Both the position numbers and the translations under genes were made by a program. A DNA stretch of 59,495 nucleotides, the filler included. It is 5 parts of 5 records of this genome, joined end to end, with 100 filler letters (N's around TTAATTAATTAA, not from the genome) between each part and the next. Parts side by side here need not be neighbours in the genome. Positions count along the whole stretch, not along the records: positions 19,399 to 35,700 come from SRR20825006_937; 4 more parts are not named here. One strand, written 5' to 3'. This document shows, piece after piece, positions 19,568 through 28,956 of this stretch. Under the pieces are notes generated by a model. It did not search any database. It worked only from the letters and a program-made list of their open reading frames with translations, and was not told the DNA's origin. Position 1 is the first letter of the stretch; each line of letters starts with the position of its first letter.

Positions 19568-20752
19568 CTAATTCATTGGCGGTAAGTTTTTACCCCAAAG
19601 ATTAGCCATCCCATCAACTTGGACATTCATATCTGCTTTTTTAGCATTTTCATTTCTTGCTTCACAAAAAACTGCATCTTCATTAAACAGAGATTGGGCA
19701 AAAGCTCTTCCACCCAAAATAATAGAGTTGGCTTTTTCAAGACGGATAGTTTGGTAAGCTTCAAATGCATCCGAAACAGTGATAGAAGGTTCGCTTAAAC
19801 ATTGCGCCAAATGCCATGCATCTTCAATGGCTTGGCAGGCTCCTTGTCCGCTGGTAGGCAAAGCGGCATGAGCTGCATCTCCTAACAAACAAACATTATC
19901 CAGAAACCAAGTATTGATTGGGTGGTGATCAAATACTTCAATTCGTTTAATGTTTTCCTCGGCAGTAGTTTCTATAATTTCCAGAATTGGTGTTGGCCAG
20001 TGCTCAAAAATTTGAATCAATTCTTTCTTATTTCCATGAGGAGGTTCTCCTAATCCAAGAGGCAATTTTTTGCAACCTGCCCAGTATGCAGTTTTGGAAT
20101 CGACTGGCACAAAGCCGAATCGTTCTCCAACTCCCCAATAATCATGCACACTTTTTGTGATGTTGATATCCATTTCTGTGTGCTCAATCAAACCAACCCA
20201 GTTTACATAGTTTTGGTAGATGGGGGTATTGTTTCCTATTACATATTTCCGAGCAGAGGATTTCATTCTGCCATCGGCTCCAATTATAATATCAGCGCTA
20301 AGTGTTTCCCCATCACTAAATCTAATGTGAGGAGTGGCGTTAGAATCCTTTTCGATTTCTTCCACATTCTTTGAATAGGTGATCTCGATTTCTAGCTCAG
20401 TTAGCTTCTGAATTAGAATCTCTTGAAGGGCTTTCCTTGTAATTGGATGACTTGTGAATCCCATTATAGCATCTATTTTCTCGATAGATAAAACCCCTAA
20501 TTCTTCTCCTGAGTGAGAGAATCGAACCATACTTGAAAGCTTACCAGAGACTTCTTGAATCTCGTCATCAAGTCCCATTTTTGAAAGTATGCACATCGCA
20601 TTTGGCCACAATACTAAACCAGCTCCAATAGAATGGGAAGAGCTAGTTCTCTCAAAAATCTGAATATTATTAAAACCAGCTTGTTTTAATGTGATAGCTA
20701 GGCTCAAACCTCCGATACCAGCGCCAATAATAGCAATCGATTTATCTATCAT
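19568..20752 (-). CDS. FAD-dependent monooxygenase (HpxO/salicylate hydroxylase-like, group A)
   Basis: IIGAGIGG, GADG, LLGDAAH..PTSGQGACQAIED. Confidence 0.9.
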   Translation of the reverse strand: MIDKSIAIIGAGIGGLSLAITLKQAGFNNIQIFERTSSSHSIGAGLVLWPNAMCILSKMGLDDEIQEVSGKLSSMVRFSHSGEELGVLSIEKIDAIMGFTSHPITRKALQEILIQKLTELEIEITYSKNVEEIEKDSNATPHIRFSDGETLSADIIIGADGRMKSSARKYVIGNNTPIYQNYVNWVGLIEHTEMDINITKSVHDYWGVGERFGFVPVDSKTAYWAGCKKLPLGLGEPPHGNKKELIQIFEHWPTPILEIIETTAEENIKRIEVFDHHPINTWFLDNVCLLGDAAHAALPTSGQGACQAIEDAWHLAQCLSEPSITVSDAFEAYQTIRLEKANSIILGGRAFAQSLFNEDAVFCEARNENAKKADMNVQVDGMANLWGKNLPPMN

Positions 20753-21076
20753 GTTGTAATGGGTATTGATTGAGGAAATATAAAATTAGGCGAATAGCTA
20801 AAGTTGATGCAGATTAAACCGTTAAAGAGAGTGAATCGTTTACAATTTAGAATTTTACTGAGTATCCGAGATTACCATTCTATAAAATATTTTCATAACT
20901 ATGGTATTGGATAAATTAATCAGTATTTTTGTAAGCTTAAATTAACAAGAAATATTCTACTGTTAGCTTCGTGAAAGCTATCCCACAATAGGTAGAACCA
21001 CTCACTCCAATGTTACCGTTCAATAGTTTTCATGGATTAGTATTTCTTTGAACCGGTAATGTATTTAAATTTTTAG

Positions 21077-22606
21077 ATGAAAAAATATCTCAACTTTTTT
21101 GATTTCTCTCAGCCGATAAACTATAAAACTGAAGTTTTATCAGGCTTAACAGTTGCTCTGGCGCTTATTCCAGAAGCTGTTGCTTTTGCTCTTATTGCTG
21201 GGCTTTCTCCATTAACAGGATTGTACGCGGCATTTATGATGGGTCTTGTTACCTCCCTTTTAGGTGGCCGCCCAGGAATGATATCTGGAGCTACCGGTGC
21301 TATAGCTGTAGTTCTGGTAGTGCTAGCCAAGTCACATGGTGTTGAATATATTTTTGCCACCGTAATTTTGGCCGGTATTATTCAAGTAATTGCTGGGGGG
21401 CTAAAGCTTGGTAAACTTATGAGACTTGTTCCGCATCCTGTAATATTTGGATTTGTGAATGGACTTGCCCTAATCATTTTTATGTCGCAGTTAGAGCAAT
21501 TTAAAGACCCAACAGGCGCTTGGCTTTCAGGCTCTCCTTTGTATATTTTGTTAGGGTTAGTAGTGCTTACAATGGCTATAATTTGGGGTTTACCGAAACT
21601 GAGTAAAGCCATTCCTGCTTCTTTAGTAGCGATTCTAGTTGTGTTTGGTTTGGTAGTAGTTTTTGGGATTGATACCAAAACGGTTGGCGATATTGCTTCT
21701 ATTAAAGGTGGGTTTCCTCCGTTTCATATTCCACAAGTTCCATTTACAATGGAAACCTTTATGCTGATTTTGCCATTTTCTGCGATTGTAGCTGGTGTTG
21801 GACTTATAGAGAGTTTATTGACACTAAATATTATTGACGAAATTACTGAAACACGTGGTAGAGGTAATAAAGAAGCGGTAGCTCAAGGAACAGCAAATAT
21901 CTTATCAGGGTTGTTTTCTGGAATGGGCGGTTGCGCAATGATTGGCCAAAGTTTGATTAACACGTCTGCTGGCGCTCGTGCGAGACTTTCAGGTATTGTG
22001 GCAGCGGTAATGTTGCTAGTGTTTATTATGTTCGGCTCTAGCCTAATTGAGAAGCTACCGATGGCCGCTCTTACCGGTTTGATGATTATGGTTTCTATAG
22101 GAACTTTTGAGTGGGCAAGTTTACGCACATTCACAAAAATGCCTAAATCAGATATATTTGTGATGGTACTTGTAACGCTGGTTACCATATTCCTTCATAA
22201 TCTAGCATTAGCCGTTATTGTAGGTGTTATCATTGCAGCACTTGTATTTGCTTGGGATAATGCAAAACGCATCCGTGCTCGTAAGTCAGTTGATGAAAAT
22301 GGAGTTAAGCATTATGAAATCTATGGACCACTATTCTTCGGTTCTGTTTCAGCGTTTAATGATAAATTTGATGTATTGAGTGATCCTGAAGAGATTATTA
22401 TCGACTTTGCAGAAAGTAGAATTGTGGATATGTCGGCAATTGAGGCTGTAAATAGAATTACAGAGCGTTACTTAAAAGTAGGGAAGAAAGTTCACTTAAA
22501 ACATTTAAGTGCCGATTGTAGAGCTCTTCTAAAAAATGCAGAAGATATTATTGATGTGAATGTTTTGGAAGATCCAACATATAAGCTTGTTGTAGATAAG
22601 GCTTAG
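21077..22606 (+). CDS. sulP: SulP family anion transporter with STAS domain
   Basis: LALIPEAVAF, GGRPGMISGATGA, GMGGCAMIGQS, YGPLFFGS. Confidence 0.95.
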   Translation: MKKYLNFFDFSQPINYKTEVLSGLTVALALIPEAVAFALIAGLSPLTGLYAAFMMGLVTSLLGGRPGMISGATGAIAVVLVVLAKSHGVEYIFATVILAGIIQVIAGGLKLGKLMRLVPHPVIFGFVNGLALIIFMSQLEQFKDPTGAWLSGSPLYILLGLVVLTMAIIWGLPKLSKAIPASLVAILVVFGLVVVFGIDTKTVGDIASIKGGFPPFHIPQVPFTMETFMLILPFSAIVAGVGLIESLLTLNIIDEITETRGRGNKEAVAQGTANILSGLFSGMGGCAMIGQSLINTSAGARARLSGIVAAVMLLVFIMFGSSLIEKLPMAALTGLMIMVSIGTFEWASLRTFTKMPKSDIFVMVLVTLVTIFLHNLALAVIVGVIIAALVFAWDNAKRIRARKSVDENGVKHYEIYGPLFFGSVSAFNDKFDVLSDPEEIIIDFAESRIVDMSAIEAVNRITERYLKVGKKVHLKHLSADCRALLKNAEDIIDVNVLEDPTYKLVVDKA

Positions 22607-22634
22607 AGCACAACAACTATTTAGAATACAGTGT

Positions 22635-22675
22635 AAAAATGGGAAATTCTCTAGTAAAGAATTTCCCATTTTTTT
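22635..22675. terminator. Bidirectional intrinsic terminator
   Basis: AAAAATGGGAAATTCT-loop-AGAATTTCCCATTTTTTT between convergent genes. Confidence 0.9.
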
Positions 22676-22691
22676 GAATCGTATTCCTTAA

Positions 22692-24554
22692 CTAATATTC
22701 TAATCTAACTACTTTACCATCCATGGTTGTGGTAAGTAGTGCGTTCTCGCTAATTGGAAATACATTGTTAATAAGCGCATTCGATATTTTATGTGCCCAC
22801 TCAGTTTTTCTAGTGGTTCTGTTGATGGCATAAATAACACCCTTATCGCTAGGCACAAAAATCAAGTTCCCGTATTCAACAATTGGAGAGGGACTGATTT
22901 CATACCCAAACTGAACATCTAAAAACCAATCTGGTTCAATGCTGTTTGAACGAGTGCTATACGCAAAAAGAGTATCTTGCATAGCTTTGATGTAGATATG
23001 CTTACCATCTTGAGACACTCCGATAGACTCGCGCCCTTTATGGTGATTTGAGCGTTGCATTACTTTACCCGTTTTTGCATTAAAGCTGGTAGTAGCTCTA
23101 TCAGGAGCAGTGATATACACTTTACCATTAGCTTTAACAGGGAAAACCGTTGCTGGAGATAACATCCGACTACTAGCTCCGCTATTCCAAATCCAGTCGG
23201 GTTCACCTGTTTTTTTGTTTAATGCATAGAAGTCATTTCCCCATGAGCCAAAGTATACTCTATCATTGTCTACAAGTGGGCGAGTTTCAACAAAGCCAAC
23301 AATATTCTTGTTCTCCCAAAGTATTTCACCTGTTTTTAGGGAAAGGGCCCGGAATATTCCTTCAGAACTTCCTATAAAGACCTGATCTCCATCGATAGTA
23401 GCAGAGGCTACTATAGACTTGCCAGTTAGTACTTTCCACTTAAGAGCGCCACTTTTTGGATCAACGTTGTAAATAGTGCTGTCCGTTGAGGCAAAAACTA
23501 AATTGTCATCTTTTAAAGCGGGAGTAGAGTAAATCTTACCAGTAGTTTTGAATTCCCAAATCTTCTCTCCATTTTCTACATATCTGGCAATCATATTGCC
23601 GTAAGAGCTTGGGTAGAAAGCAAAATTATCATTTGCTACTATACCAGCGGCAACATCACTATCCTCTTGCATATTCCACTTTTCTTTGACATTTGGGTGC
23701 GTTTCGTTGATGGCGTAAGAAGGACGTGGATACTGAGTTGTGTCATTTTCAAAATGATGATTTTCGAGTTCCATTTTTCTCCACACTTCTTTGGTTTCAA
23801 CGTTTGGAGTACGTTCCGCAAAATACATGGTGTCGTTTGCTACGGTAACTAAGTTATAACCACCAATTTCATTCTCAGCACGCAAATTTGAACGCCCCAT
23901 TGTACCTGGAATTCCGTCATAGTCGAATGCTTTATTTAAATGACCATGGCCATTAAGTATACCTTGAGTATTTACTTTCTTGAGCTTATCAATGATTAAA
24001 TACCAATTGGCCATTTCTTCATTCATTGGATAATGATTAAGGAAAATAACAGGAGTATCACCAATTTTTTTGGGATCAAGTACTTCACCTAACCAAACTA
24101 CTTCTTCATGAGGAACTAACCCGGGAGCCATTCTCATGTTCGGCCCACTACTTGTTCCTACAAACAGAAAGCCATTAGCTTCAAAGGAGAAGTGGTCACT
24201 CCCAAAGATACTTTTAAATGTGTTAGCTCCACTTTCCGACCAATTCGCGTCGTGATTTCCTGGTACTAAATACCATGGTTTATTTAAAGTATCGTATAAT
24301 TTCTTTGCTTCGATAATTTCAGAGTCAGCGCCAAATTCGGTGATGTCTCCTGTAACCACTACAAATTCAATATCGTCGTTTGCATTTATATCGTTTATGG
24401 TTCGAGTAAGGTCTTCGTAGGATGTTTTGTTGCCAATGTGTGTATCAGAAACGAATGCGAAGGTGAATGGGGATTTCTTTTGAGTACAAGAGCTACTTAC
24501 TGTTAGGAAAGAGCCTAGTAGAAGGGCTGTTGCTATGCTTTTTAATGATTTCAT
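22692..24554 (-). CDS. Lipoprotein: metallophosphoesterase fused to a PQQ-like (BamB-type) beta-propeller
   Basis: SDTH, TGDITE, PGNHD, GHGH, followed by repeated G..LW/KW propeller motifs. Confidence 0.88.
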   Translation of the reverse strand: MKSLKSIATALLLGSFLTVSSSCTQKKSPFTFAFVSDTHIGNKTSYEDLTRTINDINANDDIEFVVVTGDITEFGADSEIIEAKKLYDTLNKPWYLVPGNHDANWSESGANTFKSIFGSDHFSFEANGFLFVGTSSGPNMRMAPGLVPHEEVVWLGEVLDPKKIGDTPVIFLNHYPMNEEMANWYLIIDKLKKVNTQGILNGHGHLNKAFDYDGIPGTMGRSNLRAENEIGGYNLVTVANDTMYFAERTPNVETKEVWRKMELENHHFENDTTQYPRPSYAINETHPNVKEKWNMQEDSDVAAGIVANDNFAFYPSSYGNMIARYVENGEKIWEFKTTGKIYSTPALKDDNLVFASTDSTIYNVDPKSGALKWKVLTGKSIVASATIDGDQVFIGSSEGIFRALSLKTGEILWENKNIVGFVETRPLVDNDRVYFGSWGNDFYALNKKTGEPDWIWNSGASSRMLSPATVFPVKANGKVYITAPDRATTSFNAKTGKVMQRSNHHKGRESIGVSQDGKHIYIKAMQDTLFAYSTRSNSIEPDWFLDVQFGYEISPSPIVEYGNLIFVPSDKGVIYAINRTTRKTEWAHKISNALINNVFPISENALLTTTMDGKVVRLEY

Positions 24555-24556
24555 AG

Positions 24557-24591
24557 ATTGGCTAAGATATTGGCTAAGATATTGGCTAAGA
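24557..24591. repeat. 12-bp tandem repeat, about 3 copies
   Basis: ATTGGCTAAGAT x2 plus ATTGGCTAAGA. Confidence 0.9.
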
Positions 24592-24886
24592 ACGATTTAT
24601 TTCTTTTAAAGAACGGGAAAAAGTATTGAAGTATGAATACTGCTGTATAGATTTTAACAAGTATTTATAGAGCTTGAGTTATAGTTACAATTATTTACAA
24701 ATGAGCAGTTTTAGAATAGAAACGTGAAGACTCGGTTACCCCGGATTTATGTTGAGATTTTACAGAAAGGCTATGAATTCGATCCTCGATCAATGAGTGT
24801 TTGAACAGAAATTTTCAATTGGAATTCAGTTTACGAATTAACGAATCTTAAGTCGAAATGAACTATTCGTTTATAAATTCATAGGC

Positions 24887-24921
24887 AAAAAAAAAGCCAT
24901 CCTGTAAACAAGAAGGCTTTT
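24887..24921 (-). terminator. Intrinsic terminator after ctpA
   Basis: Minus strand AAAAGCCTTCTTG..CAGGATGGCTTTTTTTTT. Confidence 0.8.
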
Positions 24922-24946
24922 AAGAAATTTAAAATCTAATTAGGGC

Positions 24947-26848
24947 TTAATTTCCATCATTTAGATTTCCAATATTTACCGCTGCTTTTCCTTTTGCTAA
25001 AGCTTCCAATCGGCCTACATTTTCCCAAAGTGTCATGGCTTTCTTTAGTGTGGTATCAAAAACATCGTTTACAACAGGGTAGAAGTAAGGCATTCCCCAA
25101 ACTTGGCGTGCAATTTCAGCTTTCATTCGCCCTTCGCTCATCCAAGCAACTTCTTCAAAGTGACCGGTAGGAATGAATAAAGAATCGTTTCTGAATTCTG
25201 GCTGTTTTACGGTATCAGAGATTGACATCCCTTTGGATATTAGAGATTGTTTGAAATCTGCTACTTCTTTTGCAGACCATTTGAAATCAGTTCGGAATTT
25301 TTCGAAATCACTTTCCCAAGTTGCTCTAAATTCATCGTTATTTTTATCTAAATAAGCACGAACGTAGTCAAATGCAGCTCGTTTACGCAATGCAAAGTTA
25401 ATAACATATCCTGATCGAGTAGTGTCTTCTTGAACTAAATAATCTGGCACAATTCCACCGCCACCGTAAACCACTCTCCCAGCATCGGTTGTAAATTTTA
25501 ATGAATCAGGTACGTGGTCTAAAAATTCAACAGCATCATTCTGTGCATTGTCATTTCTGCGATAAATCTCGTAAGCATATTCTTCTCCGCCACCTTCAAC
25601 AAATGGTTTTTGAATAAGGCGCCCAGAAGGAGTGTAGTATCTAGAAATGGTAACACGGATATTACTTTTGTCTACCAACTCGTATTGTTGTTGAACTAAG
25701 CCTTTACCATAGGTTCGGCGCCCAACAACCAAGGCTCTATCGTGATCTTGAAGCGCTCCAGAAACAATCTCACTAGCGGATGCAGATCCTTCGTCTACAA
25801 GTACAATAACGTGAGTATCTTTATAGGTTCCGTTATGACGTGAATAGTGATCTGCATTAAAGCGAGAATGTCTACTTTTGGTTGCAACAACTTCGGTTCC
25901 TCTTGGAAAAAACTCTTCAGAAATTGCAATGGCTTGGCCTAAATAACCACCGGGGTTTCCTCTTAGGTCAAGAACCAGTCGATCCATTCCTTGAGCTTTT
26001 AACTTCTCACCAGCCTCCATAAACTCTTGATGTGTTGTTGCTGCAAAACGGTTAATCTTGATATATCCTGTTTCGTCATCTAGCATATATGATGAATCTA
26101 CGGTATAAAGCGGGATGTCATCGCGAACAATCGTGAAAATTAAAGGGTTTTTAACACCAGGTCGTACAATGGTAACATTAACTTTAGTTCCTTTTTCACC
26201 GCGTAAATTTTTAAGAACATCATCGTTAGTATAGCCAACTGCATTGCTGTCATCAATAGCGACAATTCTATCTCCAGAGCGAATTCCGAGTTGATCACTA
26301 GGGCCACCTGCAATAGCTGTGATTACTGTGATTGAATCTTGAATAATGTTGAATTGAACTCCAATGCCTTGAAATTTACCAGCAAATTCTTCTTCAATAC
26401 GGTCACTATCCTCGGGTTCAATGTAGATCGAGTGAGGGTCTAAAGTGTCGAAAAGACCTCTAATAGCAAACTCAGTAAGACGAGTCATATTCTCCTCTGG
26501 GCTGTTATTTGAAATGTAGTAGTATGCTTGTTCAAAACGCTTATAAGAATCTGTAAGAGTTTGAATCTTAACATCTTTAAAAGTAGTATCAATCGGTGTC
26601 CCATCAATTTTTAAGGTAGAATCCTTCACGGCTTCAACCATTTTTTTGATGCTTGATTTATACATACTCTCTAAGTTGGGTTCCCCAAAGTAGTTAGATA
26701 CTATAGTTCTAGTAGCCTGTACATACTTAGTAATGTTAACTGAATCCTCGTTATTCGGCTTTATTACAGGGTCTATTCCAGTAAAACCTATTACAAAAAG
26801 CAGTATAGCAATTGCGATGTTTGGGGCAATGAATTTTTTAAACGGCAT
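24947..26848 (-). CDS. ctpA: S41 carboxy-terminal processing protease with PDZ domain
   Basis: LDPHS, GIGV, DLRGNPGG, SASASEIV, TYGKGLVQ, YYTPSGR. Confidence 0.93.
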   Translation of the reverse strand: MPFKKFIAPNIAIAILLFVIGFTGIDPVIKPNNEDSVNITKYVQATRTIVSNYFGEPNLESMYKSSIKKMVEAVKDSTLKIDGTPIDTTFKDVKIQTLTDSYKRFEQAYYYISNNSPEENMTRLTEFAIRGLFDTLDPHSIYIEPEDSDRIEEEFAGKFQGIGVQFNIIQDSITVITAIAGGPSDQLGIRSGDRIVAIDDSNAVGYTNDDVLKNLRGEKGTKVNVTIVRPGVKNPLIFTIVRDDIPLYTVDSSYMLDDETGYIKINRFAATTHQEFMEAGEKLKAQGMDRLVLDLRGNPGGYLGQAIAISEEFFPRGTEVVATKSRHSRFNADHYSRHNGTYKDTHVIVLVDEGSASASEIVSGALQDHDRALVVGRRTYGKGLVQQQYELVDKSNIRVTISRYYTPSGRLIQKPFVEGGGEEYAYEIYRRNDNAQNDAVEFLDHVPDSLKFTTDAGRVVYGGGGIVPDYLVQEDTTRSGYVINFALRKRAAFDYVRAYLDKNNDEFRATWESDFEKFRTDFKWSAKEVADFKQSLISKGMSISDTVKQPEFRNDSLFIPTGHFEEVAWMSEGRMKAEIARQVWGMPYFYPVVNDVFDTTLKKAMTLWENVGRLEALAKGKAAVNIGNLNDGN

Positions 26849-26944
26849 AATATCTAACTATCTGAATGGATAACTTAATGAACAAAAATATTGGTGAATA
26901 GTTTCTTCAAAAGATTGTAATAAATAAAGACGTTTAAACCAACG

Positions 26945-28339
26945 CTAAAGGATGTAGTGGCTTAAATCTTTGTCTTTGATCAAATTTTCTAATTGTTTAT
27001 TAACGTATTTGCTATCAATTGTTATTTCACCAGAGCTTATATCGTCGGGTACAGCAAACAAAAGTTCATCAAAAACCGATGACATGATGGTGTGTAACCT
27101 TCTAGCACCAATATTTTCTACGCTAAGATTCACTTCGGCAGCAATTTTTGCAACTTCTCTGATTGCATCGTCAGTGAAGTTGATGGTGACCCCTTCAGCC
27201 TCCAACATAGCCATGTATTGCTTTGTAAGAGCGTTTTTTGGCTCAGAGAGAATTTTATAAAAATCCTCTTCTGTGAGTGAGTTAAGCTCTACTCTAATAG
27301 GAAAACGCCCCTGAAGTTCGGGTATTAAATCCGAAGGTTTCGATATGTGAAAAGCACCTGAACCGATGAATAAAATGTGATCAGTCTTCACAATTCCGTG
27401 CTTAGTGCTAACGGTGCTACCTTCAACAATAGGAAGGAGGTCGCGCTGAACACCTTGGCGGCTTACATCTGGCCCGCTTTTTCCACCACCTGATGATGGA
27501 TCCGCGATTTTATCAATTTCGTCAATAAACACAATGCCTTGCTTTTGTACACGTACCAAAGCTTCTTGCACAGCTGATTCATGATCAATCAATTTCTCTG
27601 ACTCTTCTTCAAAAAGAATTTTTCGAGCTTCGGAAATAGGAAGTTTTCGTTTCGACTTATTCTGTCGTCCAGCACCGCCAAGCATATCTTGAAGGTTCAC
27701 ACCCATTTCTTCCATACCACCAGGTCCAAAAACCTGCATCATTGGATTTTTCTTGCTCTGAGTTTCAATCTCTATTTGGCGATCTTCAAGTTCACCATTC
27801 TTCAGTTTCTCACGAAAACGTTCTCTTGTACGTTCGTTTAACTCGTCATCGCTTGCATTGGCTGGGTCAAAGTTGGTAGTCGAGTCACTATTGAAACCAA
27901 CACCGGTTTTCTTAACGGCTGGGATGAGAATGTCTAGAATACGAGTTTCTACAGCTTCAGATGCCTTTTCTTTAACGCGCTCCTGCATTTCCATTTTAAC
28001 CATGTTAACACCAAGATCAGTTAGATCTCGAATCATAGACTCGACATCACGGCCAACATAACCAACTTCTGTAAATTTAGAAGCTTCCACTTTTACAAAT
28101 GGAGCCATAGCTAGTTTAGCAAGTCGTCTCGCAATTTCAGTTTTACCAACACCAGTTGGCCCAATAAGCAGAATATTATTAGGTACAATTTCTTCCCGAA
28201 TATCTTCCCTAGCGTTTAATCTTCTCCAGCGGTTACGCAATGCAATAGATACAGATCGTTTTGCTTCTTTTTGTCCAACTATGTATTTATCTAGTTCGCG
28301 GACAATTTGCTGTGGGGTTAAGTTTTTTTCTTCAATCAT
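26945..28339 (-). CDS. hslU: ATP-dependent protease ATPase subunit
   Basis: GPTGVGKTEIARRLA, KFTEVGYVGRD, ELQGRFPIRV, ENIGARRL. Confidence 0.98.
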   Translation of the reverse strand: MIEEKNLTPQQIVRELDKYIVGQKEAKRSVSIALRNRWRRLNAREDIREEIVPNNILLIGPTGVGKTEIARRLAKLAMAPFVKVEASKFTEVGYVGRDVESMIRDLTDLGVNMVKMEMQERVKEKASEAVETRILDILIPAVKKTGVGFNSDSTTNFDPANASDDELNERTRERFREKLKNGELEDRQIEIETQSKKNPMMQVFGPGGMEEMGVNLQDMLGGAGRQNKSKRKLPISEARKILFEEESEKLIDHESAVQEALVRVQKQGIVFIDEIDKIADPSSGGGKSGPDVSRQGVQRDLLPIVEGSTVSTKHGIVKTDHILFIGSGAFHISKPSDLIPELQGRFPIRVELNSLTEEDFYKILSEPKNALTKQYMAMLEAEGVTINFTDDAIREVAKIAAEVNLSVENIGARRLHTIMSSVFDELLFAVPDDISSGEITIDSKYVNKQLENLIKDKDLSHYIL

Positions 28340-28342
28340 CTG

Positions 28343-28891
28343 TTAGTCCTCAATCTCTAAAATAGTCAGGTTATGATTGGTGTAAATGTCGATGTCTGCA
28401 GCAATATTAAGCGACTCTTGCACAATCTCTTTCGATGTAAGATGTGGTGCATGTTTGCAAAGTGCACGCGCCGCAGATAGGGCATAGGAGCCACCGCTAC
28501 CGATTGTGGCTATATTGTCATCAGGTTCAATTACATCGCCTTGCCCAGAAATGACTAATGCATTTTCATCGTTCATCACAATAAGTAATGCTTCTAATTT
28601 CTGAAGGTATTTATCCTTACGCCATTCTTTAGCTAGTTCTACGGCAGCTCGTTGCATATTACCGTTGTACTCGTTTAGCTTTTCTTCGTAGCGTTCAAAA
28701 AGGGTGAAAGCGTCGGCCGTTGAGCCAGCAAAACCTGCTAGCACTTTCCCATTATATAATTTTCTTACTTTTTTTACGGTAGCTTTCATTACCGTTTTGT
28801 CCATAGTAGCTTGGCCATCGCTAGCAATAGCAGCTTTCCCATTATGGATTACTCCAACAACGGTTGTTGCGTGTAGTTTAAATGCGCTCAT
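28343..28891 (-). CDS. hslV: ATP-dependent protease peptidase subunit
   Basis: [26 protein letters not shown]. Confidence 0.98.
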   Translation of the reverse strand: MSAFKLHATTVVGVIHNGKAAIASDGQATMDKTVMKATVKKVRKLYNGKVLAGFAGSTADAFTLFERYEEKLNEYNGNMQRAAVELAKEWRKDKYLQKLEALLIVMNDENALVISGQGDVIEPDDNIATIGSGGSYALSAARALCKHAPHLTSKEIVQESLNIAADIDIYTNHNLTILEIED

Positions 28892-28956
28892 CTCTAAATT
28901 TGTTTTATGAAAGTAATGACTCGACTAAGAACAATAATCGAGCCATTATAGTATGT

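Noticed and set aside
24600-24886. Possible pseudogene or long hairpin (CTATGAATT/AATTCATAG)
   Set aside because: Short broken frames with no recognisable family; the pairing is plausible by chance in AT-rich DNA.
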